This document shows positions 20,114 through 29,760 of a DNA stretch of 64,000 nucleotides, piece by piece. A program made the position numbers and the translations under genes. Source of the DNA: Candidatus Cloacimonadales bacterium. Lineage in GTDB: Bacteria; Cloacimonadota; Cloacimonadia; Cloacimonadales; JAFGVF01. The number at the start of each line of letters is the position of its first letter. Position 1 is the first letter of the stretch. The notes below the pieces were generated by a model. That model did not search any database. It was not told where the DNA came from and saw nothing but the letters and a program-made list of their open reading frames with translations. The stretch is taken from contig CAXXOU010000001.1 of the NCBI GenBank assembly GCA_963677495.2, forward strand, positions 64,001 to 128,000. Reading direction: 5' to 3'.

Positions 20114-21130
20114 ATGAAGAAGATTGGCTTAATGCTAGCTGTACTTACTATGTTTGGATTACTGGCAGCTCAAAATGTCCTTCTTTGGGATAACGATAAT
20201 TACTCGAGTTTCCAGGAGCCGGGTGGGGAAGATTATTTCGGTTGTGAAGTATCGCTCGGTAGAGCTCTGCTTAGCAATGGAATAAATTACACAGAAACTA
20301 ACATCCTACCGGGCAACCTTTCGCAGTACGACGCTGTCTTTGTGACGTTAGGCGTCTACTGCGTATCCTGAGGAGTCACTCCTCCGGGATCAATAGGCTC
20401 GGTCGAGCTAAATATATTAGTTAACTATTTGAACCAAGGTGGTGCCTTGTACGTTGAAGGAGTTGATTTTGTGAACGACTACTCCGATACACCACTCATG
20501 CCATATTTTGGAGTTACAATTGGTTTCAACGGCTTCCCTAATGGTATTAATCACCTCGAAGGTGTTCCAGGATCTATAGCTGATGGGCTTGATTTTAATT
20601 ACCTGTTTGGTGCTTATCCGGATTATATGGTTGATGAAATCTCCCTTGAAGGTGCAGATGCTGTACTTGTATCTCCGGATAATAATAACCGTGTAACTTC
20701 ATACGCGACACGTGAGTCTCGTACTATTGCTTCATCTATCGTTATAGGTGGAATCTATGATAGTGATGAGCATACAAAAGCGGAACTCATGAATAGATAC
20801 ATTCAATTCTTATTACCAACAACTTCAAACGACGAAAACAGTCAGCCGGTAGCAACTGCTGAACTTCATTCCGCATACCCTAATCCATTTAATCCGACTA
20901 CAACAATTAGTTTTTCACTGAAGGAAAAACAACAGTTCTCTCTTGATATCTATGATATTAAGGGTAGACATGTTACTACCCTAGCCGAAGGACTTGGTGA
21001 CAAAGGTCTTAATAGTGTTATTTGGAAAGGTATTGATTCCAACGGAAAGAGTGTCAATAGCGGGGTTTACTTCTGTAGACTTAAAACTACCGACTCTTCC
21101 TTAACGACGAAGTTAACACTTTTGAAATAA
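20114..21130 (+). CDS. Putative secreted selenoprotein (338 aa) with CxxU motif and C-terminal FlgD-Ig/T9SS-like domain; joins ORFs 20114-20371 and 20429-21130
   Basis: Both ORFs are in the same frame, separated only by TGA 20369-20371 (GVYCVS-U-GVTPPG...NYLNQGGALYVEG); SECIS-like hairpin 20394-20410; signal peptide only in the first part and YPNPFNP domain only in the second. Confidence 0.75.
20394..20410 (+). promoter_or_regulatory. Candidate bacterial SECIS element
   Basis: TA(G)GCTC-GGTC-GAGCTA hairpin; GGUC loop begins 30 nt after the UGA. Confidence 0.6.
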
Positions 21131-21150
21131 TAGTTATAGTTCATAAGACT

Positions 21151-21181
21151 AAAGAGTGGGACAGATGCCCACTCTTTTTTT
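21151..21181 (+). terminator. Intrinsic terminator
   Basis: AAAGAGTGGG-acagatg-CCCACTCTTT followed by a T-run. Confidence 0.85.
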
Positions 21182-21277
21182 ATCTTTAATGCATTAGCGA
21201 TAGACACATTGATAATTGTATAGCAATACTTCTTGACAATCAAGTATGAATCACTCAAAATATAATATAGAGGAAGA

Positions 21278-22114
21278 ATGAAGCGATTAATCATAATTTT
21301 TTTAATGTTATTTTTACTTGTAAATCTTTGTTCACAAGATTTACAAGAGATAGTTGATAAAGGAGAACTCATCCAGTTAGGAATGAGGTTTGCCAACTTT
21401 AACACAGCCAACTCCGGCGGTTTTTGCTATGAGTTTATTGACTTATTTTGTCAAGAATTGGGAGTTGAACATCGTTTCATTGAATCTGACTGGGATAGAA
21501 TTATCCCAGAGCTTAGAGGTGACAAGAGAAAAGAACCTATGGGTGATTTAATCTCCACCGGTATGACAATATTACCTTGGCGACAAAAGCTGGTAAACTT
21601 TTCTGAACCGGTTTTCCCAACTCAGGTATGGGTTATTGCCTCAGCTGAGTCAAAGATGCAACCTGTTAAAGCTTCAACATTTGAGAATGAGTTTGCCCAA
21701 ACAGTTTCACAATTTAAAGACCAAAGAATCGCATGTATAAAAGGAACTTCACTAGATTTATTAGAGTATGGTATTGAAGAACAAGGATTTAAGATTATAT
21801 CTTTTGACGGATCTGTGGATGATATCGCTCCTGCTATAGTACAAGGCAAAGCTGATGCCGGTCTTGTTGATATTGCAGATGCCTTAATCGCTCTTCATCG
21901 ATGGCCGGGAAAACTCAAAATCATCGGTCCAATTAATGAAACTCAAGAGTTGGCTGTTGCTTTTAGAAAGAACTCCCCAAAACTCTTAGCGAGATTTAAT
22001 GAGTTTTTGAAAAATAAACAAGAAGATGGAACTTACATTGAGCTTGTAAATAAGTACTACCCCTTTATTATTGATTATTATCCGGAGTTTTTTGAGCCAT
22101 GGCAAAAAAAGTAA
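21278..22114 (+). CDS. Periplasmic substrate-binding protein family 3 (amino-acid-binding type)
   Basis: Signal peptide; LQEIVDKGEL, WDRIIPEL, GMTILPWRQKLVNFSEP and AVAFRKNSPKL motifs. Confidence 0.88.
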   Translation: MKRLIIIFLMLFLLVNLCSQDLQEIVDKGELIQLGMRFANFNTANSGGFCYEFIDLFCQELGVEHRFIESDWDRIIPELRGDKRKEPMGDLISTGMTILPWRQKLVNFSEPVFPTQVWVIASAESKMQPVKASTFENEFAQTVSQFKDQRIACIKGTSLDLLEYGIEEQGFKIISFDGSVDDIAPAIVQGKADAGLVDIADALIALHRWPGKLKIIGPINETQELAVAFRKNSPKLLARFNEFLKNKQEDGTYIELVNKYYPFIIDYYPEFFEPWQKK

Positions 22115-24357
22115 TCACAACGATTGTCCCAATAATCCTAGCTGTAACTATGCTGTTGGGTGTTATTTATATTCTGACAAGGATATCAATGAAAGATAGT
22201 AAAAGACTCGAGTTAGCTGCTATGGAGAACTATCTTAAAGATAGGACAATAGAAGTTAACAGATCTTCTGAACTTCTTAGATTGCTCAGAAATGACATGC
22301 AAAGGCTCTCGCTTAACCAAACACTCTTGACATATTTTACAAATGTGGACTTAGGAATGTCTGAAAAATATGGGCTCGGTTATAGCAAATACCAGATTAA
22401 AGAACTATTCCAACAATACCTTGATTACCAGATTATTGATAATGAGTTCTTCTATAGACAGATACTGCTAGTTGACAATGATGGGAATACCATTATCTCT
22501 AAATCAAAATCTGAAATATTAATTGAGAACAGTACAAATCCTCATATAAAGCAATTACTAAAATCGAATTATGCTAAAGGTGAGATAGTTGGTTTAATTG
22601 ATGACCAAACATATAGTATAATGTATATTCAACCAATCATACATAGAGGAGAATCTCGCGGTAAGCTGATTACTGTTATCAACAACTACATCTACTTTCC
22701 TCTCAATCATATGCATGAGTCTAAGCAATTGACTATACTGACGATTCCAGGATTTGAGGAACAATTATATAATGCTGGTATCAGTATTGCTTTTAATATT
22801 GATTCCTTGCCTTCATACTATGATTTGATTCGCGGAACTTATTACAAACTAAATGTTCAAGATATTTATAAAATTCCAAGAACAATAATTCTTTCACGAA
22901 TGAAAATTCCGGATACGAGCTTAGAGATAATAAACATAAAACCTTTTGAGCAAGTCTTCATGAAACCTGATCATAAGGCTTATACATGGACAGTGGTTAT
23001 CTTAAGCGTTATGCTGTTAATTGTTTTACTTGTGCTAGAAAGAACCCATCTAAAGAATCACTCTCTTCAAGTTAAAATTGATGCAAAGGCAGAGCAAAAC
23101 TCTAGAATTTGGCATAAGAACAAAGAACTTAACTTTGAAATTGAGAAACGTAAGTTAATTGAAGAAGAGTTGCATGAAAGTAGAATTAAAGCTGAATTCT
23201 TAGCTAAAGAGGCTCAACAGGCAAATCGGACAAAAAGCCTTTTCCTTGCAAACATGAGTCACGATATCAGAACTCCCATGAACTCAATAATCGGGTTCAC
23301 AGATATCTTACTAGAGAAAATTAAAGATAAACAGAACAGTGAGTTTCTTGGTCATATCAAAAGATCTGCTGATTATCTGCTTAATATTATTAATGATGTC
23401 TTAGATATTTCTAAAATTGAATCCGGATCTATGGAAGCAATTATCTCAGGCGTTTCTACTCATGAATTTTTTGATGATCTAAATGGGATATTTACACCTG
23501 AGTGCAATTCAAAGAATATTCAATTTGAGATCAATATTGCAGACAACACTCCTCAATTCATTGCAACAGACCACCAAAAGTTGAAACAGGTATTAGTAAA
23601 TCTGTTAAATAATGCTGTAAAGTTTACAGATAAAGGTCATGTTAAATGCCATGTTTCATTTGAAGAGGAGATGCTTTCAATCATTGTTGAGGACACAGGA
23701 CTGGGAATTCCAAAAGCATTCTTCCCATATATGTTTGAGCCATTTAAACAAGTAAAAGGTCAAAATCATAATAAGTATGGTGGAACAGGACTTGGACTAG
23801 CTATTTCAAAAAGAATCATTGACCTGATGGGCGGAGAGATTGCTTACAGATCCAAAGTTGGTGAAGGCACAACATTTGAATTGTTCCTGCCGGTTCAAAT
23901 CACAAGTAACATCAATCAAGAGGAGAATTCAACTCTATCATCAACTAAAACTATTGCCAACAAATTCAATATTCTTATTGCCGAAGATAACTATGTTAAT
24001 CAACGCTTGATAGGTTTCCTCATCAAAAGTCTGAATCACCGATTTGACATTGTAGACAATGGTGAAAAAGTTTTAGAAAAACTACATTCTAATGAGAAGT
24101 ACGACCTTCTGTTGCTTGATATTCAAATGCCAATCATGAACGGTTATGAAGCCTTGGAGTTAATTAGAAAAGATAGTAGATTTAATGATCTATTCATAAT
24201 AGCACTGACTGCACAAGCTATGTCAGGTGATAAAGAAAGAATACTTGAAAAGGGTGCTAATGACTATGTATCCAAACCGATTGATAAGAAGAAATTGATT
24301 GAAAGTATAAATAAATACGCTTCTCACCGGGCAAAGACCGACAAGAAGCATACATAA
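22099..24357 (+). CDS. Membrane hybrid sensor histidine kinase/response regulator
   Basis: Two transmembrane helices; FLANMSHDIRTPMN; NAVKFT; GGTGLGLAI; receiver domain AEDNYVN...LLDIQMP...DYVSKP. Confidence 0.95.
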   Translation: MAKKVITTIVPIILAVTMLLGVIYILTRISMKDSKRLELAAMENYLKDRTIEVNRSSELLRLLRNDMQRLSLNQTLLTYFTNVDLGMSEKYGLGYSKYQIKELFQQYLDYQIIDNEFFYRQILLVDNDGNTIISKSKSEILIENSTNPHIKQLLKSNYAKGEIVGLIDDQTYSIMYIQPIIHRGESRGKLITVINNYIYFPLNHMHESKQLTILTIPGFEEQLYNAGISIAFNIDSLPSYYDLIRGTYYKLNVQDIYKIPRTIILSRMKIPDTSLEIINIKPFEQVFMKPDHKAYTWTVVILSVMLLIVLLVLERTHLKNHSLQVKIDAKAEQNSRIWHKNKELNFEIEKRKLIEEELHESRIKAEFLAKEAQQANRTKSLFLANMSHDIRTPMNSIIGFTDILLEKIKDKQNSEFLGHIKRSADYLLNIINDVLDISKIESGSMEAIISGVSTHEFFDDLNGIFTPECNSKNIQFEINIADNTPQFIATDHQKLKQVLVNLLNNAVKFTDKGHVKCHVSFEEEMLSIIVEDTGLGIPKAFFPYMFEPFKQVKGQNHNKYGGTGLGLAISKRIIDLMGGEIAYRSKVGEGTTFELFLPVQITSNINQEENSTLSSTKTIANKFNILIAEDNYVNQRLIGFLIKSLNHRFDIVDNGEKVLEKLHSNEKYDLLLLDIQMPIMNGYEALELIRKDSRFNDLFIIALTAQAMSGDKERILEKGANDYVSKPIDKKKLIESINKYASHRAKTDKKHT

Positions 24358-24359
24358 TC

Positions 24360-25433
24360 TTAGATAACTGCATCTACTTCCGGAGCTTCCTCATGGAACT
24401 TCTCCTCTATTTCCTTAATCTCTTCAAGTGCTTTGTTCAATAATTTCACTCTCTCTTTGTAGTGAATAAATGCACTCTTGTATCCATTAATAATCACATT
24501 TTTCACATCCTGATAACTAAAGCCAAGCTTCTCAACTGCTACCATGTATTCATCTGTTAAGGTTGTGTTCGAAACGATTCTGTTATCAGTATTCAATGTT
24601 ACTCTTAAACCATAAGACAAATAGAATGAAGCAGGATGCTCTTTCAAAGAATGCACTGCTTTCGTATGTAAATTTGAGACCAGGCACACTTCCAATGGGA
24701 TTCTATGGTCATTCACATAGTTAAGTAAATCACCATCTTCAAACAAGCGAGTTCCATGACCGATTCTGTGAGTTCCGCAATAATGCAGAGCCTGATGAAT
24801 ACTGTCCGGACCGTAAGCTTCACCCGCATGAATTGTAATATTAAGATTGTTCTTAAGTGCCAACTTGAAAGAGTCCTCATGCACAACAGCCGGGTTATTG
24901 TATTCAGCACCGGCAAGGTCAAAACCTACTACTCCCCTATTCTTATACATTATAGCAAGTCTTGCCAGTATCTCTGATGTCTCGGGATCCATGTTTCTAA
25001 TGCCACAGATAATCACACCTGTCTTGATGTTGAAATCCTTCTCAGCTTGTGCTAGTCCTTCAATCACTGCATCAGAGATGTCTGTAAGCTTCATCCCTTT
25101 CTGCGTATGCAAGATTGGAGAGTATCGTACTTCCATATATCTGATATTCTCTTTAGACGCATCTTCAGCAAGCTCATAAGCAGCTCTGTATAAAGAGTCT
25201 CTATCCTGCAAAACCATATTAATAATATGGAATCCTTGTAAATATTCCTCCAAACTCGCTGTGTTTTCATCACATGAAACAAGTTTCATAAGTTTATCAG
25301 GATCAGTTTCAGGAAGCTTAATTCCCCTTTCATCTGCCATCTCTAGCAATGAATCTATTCTTACTGAACCATCAAGATGGACATGCAAGTCAGTTTTAGG
25401 TAATGCGTGTATTAACTCTCTTGTAATTTTCAT
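24360..25433 (-). CDS. add: Adenosine deaminase
   Basis: LPKTDLHVHLDGS, TIHAGE, RIGHG and NTDN motifs. Confidence 0.93.
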   Translation of the reverse strand: MKITRELIHALPKTDLHVHLDGSVRIDSLLEMADERGIKLPETDPDKLMKLVSCDENTASLEEYLQGFHIINMVLQDRDSLYRAAYELAEDASKENIRYMEVRYSPILHTQKGMKLTDISDAVIEGLAQAEKDFNIKTGVIICGIRNMDPETSEILARLAIMYKNRGVVGFDLAGAEYNNPAVVHEDSFKLALKNNLNITIHAGEAYGPDSIHQALHYCGTHRIGHGTRLFEDGDLLNYVNDHRIPLEVCLVSNLHTKAVHSLKEHPASFYLSYGLRVTLNTDNRIVSNTTLTDEYMVAVEKLGFSYQDVKNVIINGYKSAFIHYKERVKLLNKALEEIKEIEEKFHEEAPEVDAVI

Positions 25434-25442
25434 AAAATCCTC

Positions 25443-26000
25443 CTATTTCCATTCTTCATATTTAACTGTTTTATCTAAACTGAGCCTGTTCTTACTACCG
25501 GCAAACTTCTTTAAAGCTTTACTATATAACTTATCCTTTTCGGCCGGATAACCAAACGGGCTTATCCCTACTACCCTGAATGTATCAGGTAGCTTTAAGT
25601 GTTTCTTCACAGACTCTTCATTGAACGCAGCAAGCCAGCAAGAACCTATCCCTAAGTCCCATGCTGCAAGCATCATCATCTGGAAAGAGATAGCAACATC
25701 AACAAGGTAGTATTCCTGCGAGTTTAGCTTAACACTCTTCTTTGTTTCAGCACATGCAACTATCACACACGGTGCATTCCTGATAAAGAGATTACTCAGC
25801 CCTATCAAACCTGAGTGTGTGCTGAGAGCTTTAATCTTCTCCTTATCTCTAAGCACAAGATACCGCCACTCCTGCCTGTTCTGTGCTGAGGGTGCGGATT
25901 GCCCCGCTTCCAGTATCTGCTGGAGAAACTCATCCGGGATAGGATCAGGCTTGAAGTCTCTTATACTATGCCTTGTTCTTACTACATCTATAAATTCCAT
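25443..26000 (-). CDS. Nitroreductase family protein (start revised to MEFIDV)
   Basis: RHSIRDF, APSAQNRQEW and LGIGSCW motifs. Confidence 0.92.
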   Translation of the reverse strand: MEFIDVVRTRHSIRDFKPDPIPDEFLQQILEAGQSAPSAQNRQEWRYLVLRDKEKIKALSTHSGLIGLSNLFIRNAPCVIVACAETKKSVKLNSQEYYLVDVAISFQMMMLAAWDLGIGSCWLAAFNEESVKKHLKLPDTFRVVGISPFGYPAEKDKLYSKALKKFAGSKNRLSLDKTVKYEEWK

Positions 26001-26236
26001 ATTATAACCTCTTACGTTTAACCGACAATTATGCAAGACGCAATTATTCCTGTCGAGAGATTTATCTATATTAACACATAAATTTATTGGTTATACTCTT
26101 AATAATTCCCTAAAAAGATGTGATTCGCTACAATATCACGCTATCCTAACTTTTGATTTTCTTGCATCTTCCAAAATGAGCCTACTACCTCCCTGACACA
26201 ACCCTGATTATGACAAGTATTCCATAAATAATCAAG

Positions 26237-26257
26237 TTATCCACATGATGTGGATAA
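26237..26257. promoter_or_regulatory. Inverted pair of perfect DnaA boxes
   Basis: TTATCCACA (26237-26245), tga, TGTGGATAA (26249-26257). Confidence 0.6.
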
Positions 26258-26711
26258 ATCGTGGCGTTCCACGAGAGGGTCACGAGAGGGTCACCTGTGG
26301 ATTACCTTTGAAACACCTTTCTTAGTCGGGGAACTAGAAGGGATCAAGAAGGGCAAATTCAAAATGGTAAAGGGCAATTTCTGTGATGAAACAGATTGAT
26401 TTGATGAATTAGTACCGAAAAAATGGACTTAAGTGAACATATTGGACAAAGTGGACGAAGTGAAATGGCTAAGAAATAGTTTTCATACTAAGTTCACTAT
26501 GTCCTCTTTAATACTCGACAACAACATTTTTTTCATGTAAATTGAAGGTTATATTGCCATTTTAAGAAGTGCTTTTTCGCTCATTGCTCTGAAGAACTCC
26601 TTGGAAATTAAAACAGACTCAGGCAACCAAGTTGCATCATTATTAACAATTTCCTTGACTGATAAGCTATTAGAGTTAGAAAAATGGAAATCATAATTAT
26701 GGAGAGATACT

Positions 26712-27989
26712 ATGAGAAAATTGCTTCTTTTATTTTTAGCTTTAGCGATAATGGGTTCTTTGTTTTCAGTACATAATTTCACAATAAACGGACAGGACGA
26801 GATTACTGTTGCTGTTGGTGATCCTATGCTTTACGACTTCGACTTTGAGTCTGTTATGGGAAATGCAGGATATAGAATATCTATTGACATACCTGTATTA
26901 GAGATACCTGCAATTGAAATACCTTTTAGCCTTTTCCAAGACGGTTTAGGTTATGATGAGACCGGGTTTGATGGACACTTCACAGCTAACCTTGAGTGCG
27001 AAATGAGCTTTCCTTCATCCGTTCCTGTTACAATCGTATTAGAAGACGGTGGAGTAGCTGATAGTGTACTTGTTCACTATACTCAATTGAATTCAAACTT
27101 CTCAGTTTCAGGGGCTGTTCAACAAGAAAGTGGTTGGATGGATTTACCTGTCCCAAGTCCGCTTGTATACGTTAACTACAACTCTGATGACTTCTCTAAT
27201 GTTGAGCTTATGACTTGTATTGCAAACTTCTTCGACCCAATGCCGGAAGGTGAATACCTTGTTATGGAGTTCGGTAGTATGCTCGGTTCTTATCAGGTTT
27301 ATGTTCCTGACACTATACCTAACGTTGACTGTGCTGTGAATGTCTATAGCTATTTGGATGTGGAAGGAGAAGGGACTCAAACACCACCTCAGCAAGTAGT
27401 GAATGTCAATGGGCATGAGTCTAATGTCAATTTCTTGTATCTTAATTTAGATGGTGGAATCGAAGGTACAGTAGTAGATAATATGAATGCACCTGTCGGC
27501 TATGCTGCATTCTACATCACAATGGATTCTAATCCTGACTTCGAAGACTATTTCCTTACAGGAGAAGATGGTTCATTTAACCGTGGTTTGGAAGATGGGA
27601 CTTATAATATAACTATCGTAGCAATGGGTTATGATACTTATGAGGAGCAGGTTACAGTTAATGGCTCATTTGTTACAATGAACATAGCTCTCGTACCAAC
27701 TGCTAATGATGACAATGTTGCAACTGCACCAACAATGCAAGTTAGTGCTTATCCAAATCCTTTTAGCTCTAACTCATCTTTAGATATAGACACTGCTAAA
27801 TCAGAAAATGTTAATATTAACATCTACGACATCAGAGGAAGACTTGTTAAACATATCTATGATGGTAGGTTAAATAAAGGATTTAACAGCTTCACTTGGA
27901 ATTCTAAGAATAACTCGAACGGAATCTATTTCTGGAGAGTTAAATCAAATGACACTACATTTACAAAGAGAATCACTTTAATCAAATAG
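26712..27989 (+). CDS. Secreted protein with carboxypeptidase-regulatory-like domain and C-terminal T9SS-like domain
   Basis: Signal peptide; GGIEGTVVD...GTYNITIVAMGY; AYPNPFS...NGIYFWRV. Confidence 0.8.
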   Translation: MRKLLLLFLALAIMGSLFSVHNFTINGQDEITVAVGDPMLYDFDFESVMGNAGYRISIDIPVLEIPAIEIPFSLFQDGLGYDETGFDGHFTANLECEMSFPSSVPVTIVLEDGGVADSVLVHYTQLNSNFSVSGAVQQESGWMDLPVPSPLVYVNYNSDDFSNVELMTCIANFFDPMPEGEYLVMEFGSMLGSYQVYVPDTIPNVDCAVNVYSYLDVEGEGTQTPPQQVVNVNGHESNVNFLYLNLDGGIEGTVVDNMNAPVGYAAFYITMDSNPDFEDYFLTGEDGSFNRGLEDGTYNITIVAMGYDTYEEQVTVNGSFVTMNIALVPTANDDNVATAPTMQVSAYPNPFSSNSSLDIDTAKSENVNINIYDIRGRLVKHIYDGRLNKGFNSFTWNSKNNSNGIYFWRVKSNDTTFTKRITLIK

Positions 27990-27994
27990 AGCTT

Positions 27995-28019
27995 AAGGCC
28001 CCATCCGGGGCTTTCTTTT
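27995..28019 (+). terminator. Intrinsic terminator
   Basis: AAGGCCCC-atcc-GGGGCTTT followed by T-rich sequence. Confidence 0.65.
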
Positions 28020-28035
28020 AAATAAAGGAGACCTT

Positions 28036-28257
28036 ATGCAAGATCAAGTTTATAGTCGCAGAAGTTGGTTAGCAACCCTATTACTCTGTATATTTTTAGG
28101 TGAGTTCGGTATTCACAGATTTTACAATGGAAAAGTTTTGACCGGTATTTTGATGGTAATCACTGCAGGTGGTTTCGGAATCTGGTGGCTTTATGATATT
28201 ATTATGATTGCAACTAAGAACTTTCGTGATAGCGAAGGTTACGTTGTAATGGACTAA
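28036..28257 (+). CDS. TM2 domain membrane protein
   Basis: LLLCIFLGEFGIHRFYNGK...GGFGIWWLYD; AAGGAG RBS. Confidence 0.92.
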   Translation: MQDQVYSRRSWLATLLLCIFLGEFGIHRFYNGKVLTGILMVITAGGFGIWWLYDIIMIATKNFRDSEGYVVMD

Positions 28258-29760
28258 CTATTTAAGAAACAGGCTTTTAATTATATCGGTTGGAGTAATC
28301 GCATTTGTCTCTTTTCCTTGATTGAGATTCTCTGCTGTTACTCCAAGTAGATAGGAACCTGCTATAGCTGCCTTTCCTAACTGTATTTTCTGACCAATAA
28401 ACGACGTGATAATCCCTGAAAGGACATCACCAGACCCTCCAGTTGCAAGTCCATCATTACCTCTTGTATTAATGAAAGTGCTGTCCATATCAGAATATAT
28501 ACTGATACTATCTTTTAAAAGAACTTTTGCTTTGTAGTTATTGGTAAAACTCTTCAGCACTTCAAGTCTATTCTTTTTAATCTCATTTATTGATACCTTT
28601 GCTAATCTGCTGAACTCTCCAACATGAGGAGTTAGAAGCACATCCTTAAAAGCAATTTGAGTTAAAAGGTGTGGGTTTGCTGAAATAAGATTCAATCCAT
28701 CTGCATCTATAACTATCGGTTTCTCTATCTTTAGTAACAATTCTTCAAGAATCATAAGAGTGTAATCCGATACTCCGATTCCTGGGCCAAAGAGAATAAC
28801 GTCATAATTTTTCAGAATAGAGATAAACTCATAAACATCAGGTTCTCCATCAACTTCCGGGATAGCTTTTGTCATAACTTCAGTAAGTTTCAACTCAAAT
28901 ATGGTTGAAAGCTCTTTTCTATGAAATAATGTAATCAAGCCGGAACCACTTCTTAATGCCGACTGACATGCCATGATTGCTGCACCGGTATATCCTTCAG
29001 AACCGGCAATAACAGCAACTCGACCATAGCTACCTTTATGAGTGTGCCTTGTTCTATCAGGTAATGTGACATTTTCTTTTTCAATAAGTAAAGCAGGATT
29101 TTCTTTCCCAAAATAGCTATCAGGTATACCAATGGGAACTACTTCAGTCTCCCCACAGACACATCTTCCCTTTCCTAACACATGTCCAATTTTCAGGGAT
29201 GCCATTGTAAGAGTGACGTCAGCTTTAACGCATAGGCTACTATTTCCTGTTAACGCATTTAGACCACTTGGGATATCTACACTGATAACTGTACCTTTAG
29301 TCCTGTTTATAGATTCAACCACTACTTTCATTAAGCCTTTAAGTTCACCCTTAAAACCTATTCCAAAGATACTATCTACAACTATATCAGCTGTAAGAAG
29401 AGCCAACCTTTTCTGTTTCCAAACATCTTCCTCATCTATTTCATGAATCTTTAATCCAAGTTTCTCAATAAGATCATAGTTTGCTCTTGTTTCTGCTGAG
29501 AACTTCTCTTTAGTACCAACAAGATAGACCGTACAGTCAAACCCATACTTATCTAACCATCTGGCTATAACGAATCCATCTCCCCCATTATTACCTGAAG
29601 AGCAGACAAGCGCGACTTCGTTAGTGCTAGCATAGTTCTCTTTGATATAGTCAGCACACCCCTTACCGGCTGTTTCCATTAAAACACGTGAAGGAATACC
29701 GAAATCATCCATAGTTCTTTTATCTAATCTATACATCTGCTCAGGTGTTAACAGTGTCAT
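28258..29760 (-). CDS. nnr: Bifunctional NAD(P)H-hydrate epimerase/dehydratase (YjeF N and C domains)
   Basis: LMETAG, GNNGGDG, SVDIPSG, HKGSYG, VIDADGL, LTPHVGEF and LATGGSGDVLSG motifs. Confidence 0.95.
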   Translation of the reverse strand: MTLLTPEQMYRLDKRTMDDFGIPSRVLMETAGKGCADYIKENYASTNEVALVCSSGNNGGDGFVIARWLDKYGFDCTVYLVGTKEKFSAETRANYDLIEKLGLKIHEIDEEDVWKQKRLALLTADIVVDSIFGIGFKGELKGLMKVVVESINRTKGTVISVDIPSGLNALTGNSSLCVKADVTLTMASLKIGHVLGKGRCVCGETEVVPIGIPDSYFGKENPALLIEKENVTLPDRTRHTHKGSYGRVAVIAGSEGYTGAAIMACQSALRSGSGLITLFHRKELSTIFELKLTEVMTKAIPEVDGEPDVYEFISILKNYDVILFGPGIGVSDYTLMILEELLLKIEKPIVIDADGLNLISANPHLLTQIAFKDVLLTPHVGEFSRLAKVSINEIKKNRLEVLKSFTNNYKAKVLLKDSISIYSDMDSTFINTRGNDGLATGGSGDVLSGIITSFIGQKIQLGKAAIAGSYLLGVTAENLNQGKETNAITPTDIIKSLFLK

